The translations under genes were made by a program, and so were the position numbers. Source: Podarcis liolepis (taxonomy: Eukaryota). From it: a DNA stretch of 64,000 nt. The notes below the pieces were generated by a model. The model was given only the letters and a program-made list of their open reading frames with translations, had not been told where the DNA came from and did no database searches. The stretch's first letter is position 1. The number at the start of each line of letters is the position of its first letter. The stretch lies in NCBI GenBank assembly GCA_965112155.1, contig OZ218115.1; one strand, written 5' to 3'. This document shows, piece by piece, positions 33,160-43,600 of the stretch.

Positions 33160-36100
33160 CTTATTGGTTGGGGCAAGGGAGAGGAGGAGAAAAGAGAACA
33201 GAAAACATGTAAGTCACAGAGCTAGGCATACAGAGAGGCATCAGGAACGTTGTAGCTGAATCTTTTCGGTATCCCCGCTTTTGGCCTGCTGTGCACTTCC
33301 AGGGAAGATCACAGAACAGCAGCGCCAAGGATAAGGAGCCTTGGGAGACTTAAAAGATTATTGGCCATGAAGGCAGATGGTTTCTACAGAGGGCAGGGAT
33401 TTGCATTCAAGGTTTATTTAACCCTGGCTCAGGTGTAGAAATAATCTCAACAGTCAAGCAACAAATTGGGGATCAGGCCTCAAACTGAGGAGACATTTTC
33501 AGCCAGTGCCCGAAGTGCAAATCACAGCCACCCCAACCAAATTGAAAGGGACATAAAAAGCCTCCTTCTGGACCATCCCTTTATGCCCAATAGCTTGTTG
33601 CAGCTTCTCCTCCACCAGCACTTGCTGACCTCTCCATCCAACCAAAAACCAAAGTACAGAGAATAGCCTCTGCCTTGTGCACAGATGACCCATGCTCAAC
33701 AGTCCCGTTTTGGTGGGGCCAAGGTATCTGCTTCTGCCTTGTGGCAAGGGGCCCAAATTTGGACTCTTGGGTAATGTTCCATGGTGCCCATCATAGAATA
33801 GACCCACAAACTACCATCCTCATTACAGCACTGAAAGATCTAGCATCGCTGTAAAAGACATTCCACCTTGTCTTGGGCACTGGCCACCCTTGGAAGCAGC
33901 CCCTTTCCCCAGAGAGGAGCAGGCTGCCCAGCTCCCCCTTTTACTCACTCGATGATCCACATTGACTGAAAAGAGGGGTTTGATCTCAGAGACATCCTCG
34001 TTGTTGCGTTGAGCCTGGGGGGGGGGAGTGGGAGAGACAGAATTGGGATATCGTGAGTTTACATACAGTTAAACAGGGCTCCTTGTGGGATAAATTTTCT
34101 CTCCACGGATCTGGTATCACTGCCACTCTCCTACAAGGAGTAGCTCTGCAGGGAAATGTCCAGTGGAGACCATAAAGACGAGAAACCAGCTTGATGAATA
34201 TATTAAGATTTGAAATATTTTCTTTTCTTTTTTAAGTACTGGGGCTCAGGTTGCCATGGGATCCTTGCCATCCACCATTAAAGGAAGGATCACTCTCTCG
34301 AGTCCAAGTGTGCGCAGACAGGCTTCAGTTGCTCAGTGGTAAGTGAGACACTGTGTGCTTCTCAAAATGGGTATAAATGGGAGGTAGAGTGAGGACAACA
34401 AATGTTAGAAGACATGGAGTAAGAGCTGTGAGACTAAGGCCAAGAGTACCAGCAAGAGCTTTCTTTCCTTATGCTACTAGCGAGGTCATGTCACATACAG
34501 CCCATGTAATTAGCTAAGTCACCCCCTTCCCCCACCAGGGGGCAACCTCACCTTGCGCAAGATGCTATAGGACTCCTCATCAAAGAACTTCACCTCGTAG
34601 GTGCCAGAGCGAGCCAGCTTATGCTCCATGCTCCAAGAGACCTGCCAAAGAAAGGGATGGGCAATCAGTGCTGAACGAGGATGGACTCCCCCCCCCCCAA
34701 TCAGAGGGGAACATAGATGGGCATGCACACAAAAGATGCTTGCACACATGTGCCACTCACTTCAGTAGCCAGGGCTACTACAAGCCAGACTGGCCAATGG
34801 TTCGGAGTAGCAGCTTGCTTTAGCATGGAGTACACTATGGAGGGATCTATGGAACCAGACCCGCCATAAATCCAGAGCCATGCGTTTGTGCAGGAGGACT
34901 GCCATTTCCTAACTTGAATTTATACAGCATAAAGACTGCCAACTTGTTCAGCAATGCCAATGTCAAACATGAAGCCCAAAAACCATAAGGCAGTTATAGC
35001 CTACTTTCTTTAGTTGGCAAACTGCACAACTTTCCCATCACCATCACGGACAAACTATATTGAGTAGAAAAGGGTGTATTCTACAATATTCTTGCTCTGG
35101 TTACCATTATTCTCATGTGTCGAACATGCCCTGAATGTTATACAAGTCTGATGAATCTGGTTTATTTTTACTTGATTCACTGTTTTTGTCTACGTTTTCA
35201 AGTAACGAAAATGAACATTAAAAAGTGCTTAAACAAGCTGGGAGAAAAATCCAGGATTCTGGATTTTAACAAAGCATCACACGTTGCAGAGAAGCCTGAA
35301 TGAAGGGAGCACATTCTCTACACGCGATGTATTAAAAATGCCCATTCTCAAAATATTCCCAGGAGTTAATGTCAATTAAGCTGGCCCCACCCAGAAGATA
35401 TGTGACTGAGCTAGAACTTAAACTCAAATCTGACACTGTTCTGCCCAGAGTGTTACTAGCATTTTGCTGTCTCTACCAGAAATCACTGCTTGTTCTTACC
35501 TGATAGCGGCCAACATCCTGACCCCGAGTAACAGGAAACTGCTTGCCATTGACATCTGCATAGAGAGCAACATTCTACAGAAAGAGAGTAGGATAAATAT
35601 CAAATCAAAGGGAATCACAGCATGCCCCATTGAAAGCTCAGGGACAATGGGAAAGGCAAATCTTTCCAGGTCAAATGCCAACATCCCCTCCAAGTTATAG
35701 AGGTTGTAGAGTCTTTGGTGAAGATAACAGAGAGCCCCTGGATGCACCCTTTTTGTCCCTTTCCCAAAATGTACATGTGCCCCCCACATCAGTGGCTGGC
35801 ACTACAGCAAGCCAGGCCAGCCAATGGTTCGGGGAGGCAAGTTAATGTAGCATGGGGTACACTATGGAAAGCCCATGGATTGGGACCCACCATAAATCCA
35901 AATCCATGCACATACTTGAATGCAACTGTTGAAAAACGGGAAACCCTAGTCCCTAGATTTAAGGCCCATTATCAAATCTACAAGGTGGCACTTTATTTTT
36001 AGAAATGAAATAAGCCACGTATTCCAGCACTCACTTGTGCTCCATTCTTACAGGTGAGGGAGATCTCAACAACAAAGACAGTCTCTGAAGAGATTACAGC

Positions 36101-38499
36101 ATCTGAGGTAGTGTAGTAGGATGGAGAGATGACTGGGTCTGTACAGGTTTCAGCTGATAGGAAAGAAAAAATGGCTTATGAATCAACACATTATGAACCT
36201 GAAAAGGGATAAGCAAGCATCTGAGGCCATTCATAGAGGATGGTCTACATGCAATGTTCCTACGGAGCTCAAGATGTCAGAATGCACCTTAAGGAATTGC
36301 TGAAACCACCTACTGCTACCAACTGATTAATGAAAGGATCCTGTTGAGAGAACTGGATCTAAGGCTCAAGTAGTAAAGAAAACACACATCCTACTAGTTA
36401 AAAAAACAACAACATCCAGAAGTTAGTAATAATCACAAGCTACTCACATTTGTGACAAGATAGGCACGAGTGTGCATGCACATACACATAAATCTATTAA
36501 ATATTTATAAAACTGTGCCCTTTGTGAATTGCTACATCTCAATGTGGTGGCACCCCAACTGTGGAACTCCCATCTTAGGGAGACTCAACTTATCAGCTTC
36601 CCCAGAATTGCTAGACAGCTGGTCTTTTCAGAAGGTGTTTGTAATGTTGGCTCACAATCTGAGCTAGATTTAACTACAGAACATTGATCTTATTATGCGT
36701 TGGTTGGTTATGATTCATATTTTTGTTTTATCATTTTCTACAAATTGCATTGCCAACTGCTTCAACAGCATTGGCTAGAAATTGGTCAAAACATTAAGAA
36801 AAGTCAGATAAAATAAAGTTTCTAGATGTGTCAAATATTAATCCAAACCCCATCAATAAAAGCTAGTAAGTTTTAACTTGGCTGTTACCAGTTTATGTAC
36901 AGTTTATATACTTGGCCTTTACCAGTTCATGTACTGCCTCATTATACACATGCACAATGGTAAAACTGCACATTATAAAGGTACAAGTAGGAGCTGCAAT
37001 GAAGTGAAGTGTTCAAGATGCATACATTATGTTCCCCTGAAGCACCATTTTAAGAAAGTCATTAAGTATCCCTATATATTTTCTCTTCTCCTTTATGTTC
37101 TGTGCAAGATCTAGCCCCAAGAAAGAGCTCTGTGAAAACACAAATGGTTGCTAGCTGCTTTCTAACTTGACATTAAGCTCCTGCTGTTGTTTGGATGAAC
37201 TGCACCAGGAATACTTCATTAACATATTCCAGGATGACGGAAAAATCCAAAGTTAACACAATATATTTTACTGAAACAAACGGGGAAGGCTGTAAAGAAG
37301 TGAGCAAACTTTAGTGTTTGTCAACACTTTTCATCAGGCCAGAGCTTAAGCAGTGAGAACAAAGGAGGGGAGCGGATGGGAAATGTGATACGGGCATATG
37401 GTAAAAAAGCCACTATGAAACAGAGGCACTACAGGCAGAGTTTGGCCCAATTGGATGATTCCAAAGAAGACCCACTGAATTGGACTTAACTTCCAGATAA
37501 GACCAATAACGATTCAGCTAGGCTTTGTGAAAAACGACAACCCCCAACCCTATCAGGCTGAGCCTTGACACGTGGCTGTGAGGCGTTTCTACTCATAGAA
37601 TCCTAGAAATGTAGAGTTGGAAGGGGGACCCCAGGGTCATCTAGTCCAACCCTCTGCAATGCAGCAATCTCCACTAAATGACCATCCAATCTCTGCCCGA
37701 CAACTTCCAAGGAAGTAGAGTCCACCACCTTCAGACGCTTCTCTTCTTGAGACCCTGGTGTGCAGCTGCCAGTCAACACGGGGCTAGGTGGGAAAATCCT
37801 TTGACTACCTTCCTATGTTCCTAAGAAAACCCCTGGAATGGGTCAGCTCACAAAGTCTGTCCAGGGCGGCCATGCCTGGCGCGCAGGTGGTGCCACGTGG
37901 GGAGCCTTGAGAGACCGAGGGGAAGCGGGGAGTTTACGCCAGGCTTCCTCAGCCTCGGCCCTCCAGATGTTTCTGGCCTACAACTCCCATGAGCCCTGGG
38001 CTAGCAGGCCCAGTGGTCAGGGATGATGGGAACTGTAGTCTCAACACATCTGGAGGCCCGAGGTTGAGGAAGCCTGGTTTACACGGTGCGCTGGACAAGT
38101 CAAACCGGGCTGTCAGGAAAGGCTTGCGGGCAGCACCAACGGCTCGGCCCCCCGCCCCCTGGGCCCCCACAGCAACCCCGCGAGGTGGGCGAGCTTCCCG
38201 GGGCCAAGACACGTGTCCCCAGCATTTCGCACACGCGTTTCTTCCCCCTACCCGACGACGCCCGCAGAACCCTAGAGGTGCAGAGCTGGAAGGGACCCGA
38301 GGGTCATCTAGCCCACCCCCTGCGAGGGGGACCTCGAACCCACAGCCCTTCGGGCGGGAGTCTCGGGGCCCCGGGAAGCCGGAGGAAGGGCCGGCCCGCC
38401 CTCGCAGCCGCGGCAGGTGACCGTACCTCGCGCCCCGCTCAGCACCAGCAGCGCCGCCGCCGCAGCCAGACGAAGCAGCCTCAGCCCGGCGCCCGCCAT
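33055..38499 (-). CDS. SSR4: Signal sequence receptor subunit 4 (TRAP-delta), complete spliced CDS complement(join(33055..33159,33949..34014,34552..34641,35500..35574,36035..36153,38427..38499)), 175 aa
   Basis: Signal peptide, then [39 protein letters not shown] and [14 protein letters not shown], then the TM segment [25 protein letters not shown]. Splice phases are consistent (528 nt). Confidence 0.96.
33949..34014 (-). CDS. SSR4: SSR4 exon 5
   Basis: [22 protein letters not shown]; cag| acceptor and |gtgagt donor. Confidence 0.95.
34552..34641 (-). CDS. SSR4: SSR4 exon 4
   Basis: [30 protein letters not shown]; cag| acceptor and |gtgagg donor. Confidence 0.95.
35500..35574 (-). CDS. SSR4: SSR4 exon 3
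   Basis: [25 protein letters not shown]; tag| acceptor and |gtaaga donor. Confidence 0.95.
36035..36153 (-). CDS. SSR4: SSR4 exon 2
   Basis: [39 protein letters not shown]; cag| acceptor and |gtgagt donor. Confidence 0.95.
37594..37732 (-). mobile_element. CR1 LINE 3' end
   Basis: Same terminal motif as 2159 and 63519. Confidence 0.8.
37940..38076. mobile_element. hAT MITE in SSR4 intron 1; member of an abundant palindromic family (other copies near 5457, 7480, 11745, 26695, 41405, 48320, 49371, 50175, 59490, 62630, 63340)
   Basis: TIR CAGGCTTCCTCA; TSD GTTTAC(G/A)C; internal CTACAACTCCCAT / ATGGGAACTGTAG arms. Confidence 0.85.
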
Positions 38500-39070
38500 C
38501 GCGACCAGCGAGACGCGACGAGAAAAGGAGCGGCCCGCCTCCCGCGCGGGGGATGCTGGGGCCGAGGGCCCCCACAGCCAATCCGCTGCTCCGTCGCCGC
38601 GTGACGCGAGGCGGCCGAAGGGAAAGAGACGTGGCCTTTCCTTGGAAGGTTCCTTAAAATGGCCGCCCGCGACTTTTGTCGCGCCGGAAACCGAGTGGCG
38701 GCATCCAACTGCGCATGCGTGGGTGATAACACATCTCTCCTACAGCCTCCCTTGTCCTGGATATTCCCTCCTTCGCGCCGAACTTCCTTCGGCCAATAAC
38801 TCAGGCGGAAGCATCTGATTGGACGTCGCTTCTGCTGTCATTGGTCATCCTTGGCTGCCTGGCCCTGCCCATTGGACAAAGGAGACGAATGGGCGGGATG
38901 TATATGTATGAGGGTAAGCCAATGAGATCCACTTTATGATAAGCAGTGGGATGAAAGTTGTGTAACTGTGTCTAATTGGTCAAGGTGGGTGGTCACAGTT
39001 TTATAGGCTGGCTGCTGCAGCCTCTCTCTCGCTCCGCTCTCTCATTGGTGCAGCAGAGGGGGGCGGATTT
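38080..39070. promoter_or_regulatory. CpG island / SSR4 promoter
   Basis: CpG-rich; eight CCAAT/ATTGG boxes (38578-39048); NRF1-type TGCGCATGCG 38710-38719; YY1-type AAAATGGCCG 38656-38665; GACGTGGC 38628-38635. Confidence 0.8.
38427..38499 (-). CDS. SSR4: SSR4 exon 1 (signal peptide [24 protein letters not shown])
   Basis: ATG in CpG island; donor GAG|gtacgg; phase 1. Confidence 0.88.
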
Positions 39071-39731
39071 GGCCCTGTGGTTCCCAGTTGCTGACCCCAA
39101 GGTTCTTGGGTTCAGACTTCCATTGGCCCCAACAGTTTGGCCCGTAGTCAGGAGCAATGGGTGTTCTCTTCCAGCAGCATCTGTGCCCAAGGCCTGATTC
39201 TCACTGGGGTGGCAAACCTGTGCCGGAGCTGAAATGCTCTCCTCGCTCCTGGCCATTGCCCATTCTTGTCGGGGCTGATGGGAGTTGGAGTTGTTTTCTG
39301 CAAAGAGATACACTCCTAAGTTAAAAGTGTGTGTTTCTACAGGAGTATTTGCACTTCCTATGCACAGTTTCTCATGCAGGAAGTGTGTGGCCTATGAAGT
39401 GAAAGATGGAGCCTAATCTTAACAGTAAAGCGCCTAAAAGAGACACATTGAAACTGCAGACGGGGTTCTGATTGAGTCAGTGACCACAAATCACATGTGG
39501 AAATCAGGAGGCACATACATATTATGCCTGGTGGAGAGAAATAATTTGTAACAAGCTTAAAAGAGGTAAGTCTGAAAGAAAAACCATGTTTTCCCCACCT
39601 CCCCAATTTGATGAGAGGCCTCCAGCAGTTTGAGAAGCATAAGTGCCACAGGAGTTTAAATTTCCATTCTCCCTGGAGCAAAGGCAGTAGCAGGGAAGAT
39701 ACAGCAGGGCACTGAACTAAATGCTAATTAG

Positions 39732-40035
39732 CATACCCTCCAACATTTATCTGATGAAAATAGGGACATCCCACTCTGCAATGATAATTTCACTATTTAT
39801 ACCCCACACTCTTGGGCAGCTTCCAACATATATTAAAAACAATAAAACATTAAACATTTAATGCACTTGCTTATACAGGATTGCCTTCAGACAGCTCGGG
39901 GATAACTCCATACTCCCCCAACGAAAATAGGGACATCCTAAGCAAAAGTGGGACATTCTGGGATCAAATCATAAATCGGGACAGCTTCTTTAAATCAGGG
40001 ACATCCCTGGAAAATAGGGACACTTGGAGGATCTG
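39732..40035. mobile_element. Composite non-autonomous hAT element
   Basis: Ends CATACCCTCCAA / TTGGAGGATCTG; repeated GGGACA motifs; internal L2-tail-like segment. Confidence 0.7.
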
Positions 40036-40126
40036 AATTAGTGAATGCTATCATAGAAACATCATCCAGTTATTTGGGAGGGAACTTATATAGACAAACC
40101 TTATTAATGCTGAGGTACATACCAAC

Positions 40127-40645
40127 TGTTACGGAAGGGGGGGGCATGTCTTCTTCACTACAATATATTTGCTCAATTTCTCTAGGACTCCATCACCCCT
40201 CCCCTGTCCTCCATAATCTCTCAAGTAATCCAGTCAAAATCACTCTGCCAAACCTTTCCTCCGGGCAATGCCAGGTGACAGACTACGTGTACATGGACCA
40301 TTGTCTTCTCAGGATGTGCTTATCTGCGCATATCTCCAGCTCTGCATATTCCCCCCTCCCTCCTCCATATGTTAATCTGTGTAACCCAACCTCTCCTTAA
40401 TGTATTCATGATGTAACTGGGATGTATTTTGCACTGTATTCTGGGACATGGAGGGAGTTTCAAAAGTTCATGTCACCCCTTTCTCGCTGTTCAATCTCGC
40501 CTTGAACCTGTTGCGCAATAAACTTGGATCTTCTGCAGTTTGCTCCTGCGTCCGGCTGAGCTCATTTTCTTCCGCAGGGACCCACGGACTTAGTCCGATG
40601 AGCTGGGTGGCAAAGTAACCCCGCACCCAGATTTTAGCCGTAACA
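40127..40645 (+). mobile_element. Solo LTR (519 bp; Gypsy or ERV type)
   Basis: Termini TGTTACGG...CCGTAACA (8-bp inverted repeat); 4-bp TSD CAAC; internal AATAAA 40517-40522. Confidence 0.8.
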
Positions 40646-43600
40646 CAACCAACAAAAGATGTATCCACAATCCATTTCTGGCTTTGCTTTATGAAGCCAT
40701 CAATTTTTACCCACAAGGAGTGCTGCAGGGCAGGTGCCAGTAATGGAAGCCCTGACATCTTTTTTTCTGGTGGAGTTTCTTTCTCTCAACAGCTGCCAGA
40801 AAAACAGAAGTTCCACAGGTGGAGCTTTCAGCAGTATTGAGAGGCAATGAGGAGAAAATATTGTGGTGCGACCACAAGTGCCCCAAGTCTCCCAAGTTCT
40901 TGTTTCGTGTTAAGAAGGAACCTGGATCTAGAAGAATAGGAGGGGCGTATGCACCTACTTGCATTGGAGAGAATAGGGCCATCATCCCCGCCCCAACTTC
41001 CCTGCCCTTTATTCCTGAATAAGAATATTGAGGGGTCCCTTCAAAGGGTTCAGTTTCTTAAGGAAGACCCAACCTTTGGAGAGAGCGTACCTTTTAAGGC
41101 TCAAACCGGTCAGGAAATGAACAGTGACCAGACCAGGATATTCCTGTAATCTGATCCACACCATCTCCTGCCCTACGGAGGGTTATGGAGTCAAATGCCC
41201 TTCCACCCCATTTCAGAATGGGATCTGACCCTGAGGGGTCCAACCAGGGTGTCTGGTGCTCTACCATCACCAGCGCCTAAGGATAAAGTTCCTTCAGCCC
41301 TCCAACCCAATCTTCTGTGCACGCCTACATGCAGACTTTGTGCAGCTGATACTTTCCTGATCATTGTTTCATCTCGTAACCACAATCCAAAGATCCCCCA
41401 ATCAGGGATAGCCAATGTGGTGCTCTCCAAGTGTTGCTTCCACCATCCTTAGACAGCATGGCTTGTGGTCAGGGATGATGGGAGTTGTAGTCCTGCAACA
41501 TCCAGTGGGGATCACGTTGGCTACTCCTGATGCAGATGCAAAGACTTCAACTTGAAGAAAGTGATATATGCAGTTCCTCGCTATTGCCACCAGGTGTCTC
41601 TCTGAAACTGAATAAAGTGGATAGGATGGGTCTGGAAATGGGCTGGTCCAGATGTATTGGGACCCAAGATAAAACATCCACTACAATGAAGGAGTGGGCA
41701 TTGTTCTTGCACAACTCCTGTTCATCTCTGTGGGGATTCAGCTACAGATTTGTGCTCCATGGGTCAGAAGGGTCTGTCCATCGTGTTAGTGGCACCCAAA
41801 CTCTAATGCCTGAGGCCCCAGCTGCACCCCTTAGTCAGGCTGCTAAAATAGTGAGGAACTGGGCTGCTAGTTAGAACTGAGGACCTGCTATGGCTGACTG
41901 GTGTCCATTGGGACTGGTAGGGTGGGAGGCAGGGAGCCCAACAGTAGGTGGTGCCAGAGAACCCACAACTGGCAGAGACAACTCCTAGTCCCGTCCCCCC
42001 CCATCCTTCTCCCTGTGGAGTGTGCAAGGAGCAATTCTGGAACTAAGGAGGAGAAACCAGGCAGGCAGTGCCGCCCCCTGGAGAGGCTGTGAGTGGGAAG
42101 GGGGGGCAGGTGGGGGTTGATTGAGGTTGTTGGGGCAGTGCCCCATTCCCCAACAGATCAGCCTCTGCTGGGCCTGGGTTTGCAGAATTACTGGGAGTGG
42201 GAATTAATGGTGGGGGCAGGGCAGGCAAGCCAGTTGCTGGGTCTCAGGCTGCATAAGCACCAAACATTTAAAGCACAAAAAAGAATCCCAGGACTCGGTC
42301 CAGGACTCTGTGAAGGATGCATAATGGTGGCATGGCAGCTAGTAAAAGTGCTGTTATTGTCACCAGAGCCACGGAGGGGCTAACCAAGTTAGTTGCTCCG
42401 GGTGAAGCCCCCAGAGAGTGCCACTCAGGCTCTCAGCTTGGGTGTGAACGCAAATGCACATGGGAGGGTGCCAAACTGGGTCGTTGACCCGGGTGGAATG
42501 AAGCCTTGTTTTGCCCCTGACTGTCACAACAACAACACCCCTTAAGAAAAAAAGAGAAAGGAACTGTGTGAAAAAAGTAAAGGAACAGTTCCACGGCCAC
42601 TGCTAATGACAAGTCCTACACCTGAGAAAATGTGGGAGGATTTCTCTGTCTCCTGGAGAATTAAGTAATATCTACCCCACCCCCCAAAAAGTTCTCTGCC
42701 CACAACTGGGATTGAGAAATTTGAGAGACTCTTGGCCACAGCTCCATTTAGAAGTCTTCCCAACCATACAATCAAAAACCAGAAGATGCAAGGAAAATTA
42801 CCCTTTTATTACTTAAAAAGAAAAAGCCCGATACAGCAGAGTGGCACAGGACATGTTGTTAGGTGCCAACTAATCTGTGTTAATTATTCTTGACTAGGCG
42901 TCCTGAATCCTGTTTTGGCGCCCAGTTCTTTGTTCAGAGTCCCATCTTCCCAGAATAGGTCTCCTTTTCCTTAATCCTTTAATTCAACACTGTTATTTAT
43001 GAGAAGGGGAATAAATCACAGCCTTCTTTTCGCTCCTGAAAATGGACTTTTATGGCTTTTGATGGGGTTGGGTTTCTGCTGCCCTTAGATGGCGAGGAGC
43101 GATTGCCATTAACCCTTGCCTTGCAGGGGTGAGAGAGGTTGTAGCGGGTGGGGAGGGTCCTTTGTGACTGGGCGGAAACCCCAGCAGCTCCGGCTAAGGG
43201 CTGCTGAAGGAATGTGGCTTCTCAGGGTTTGTCAGGAGGAGACTGAAGGATGTTTTCTTTTCTGCACATTTCGAAGCACAAACTGGTTGTGGTTTGCTTT
43301 GCTTTCTATATATATATTTAAATGCTTTTAGAACCCCATCTGCATTTCTGTTTTATCTTAAAAGTCTTCTGGTGTGGTGGAGGAGAAGGGATACGACGAG
43401 TCAGGGTTTGAGGAATTTTTGAAAACCAAGAGCTTTGTAACTTGCATGCAAGTTTTGCCTTTCCTTGTTCAGATCCTTTTTAAGAAAAAATATTTTGTAG
43501 GCTTTTGAAGCTTAGAGACCAGAGTTTTGGTTTTAGGAATTAAACAACAATAACTACATAACTTTCATGCAGTTTTGTCTTTCCTTCCTCAGATTCTTTA

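Noticed and set aside
38659-38799. Plus-strand 46-aa ORF (MAARDFCRAG...) as a possible IDH3G exon 1
   Set aside because: No recognisable IDH3G similarity, no good splice donor and no downstream exons; the ATG is explained by a YY1 motif.
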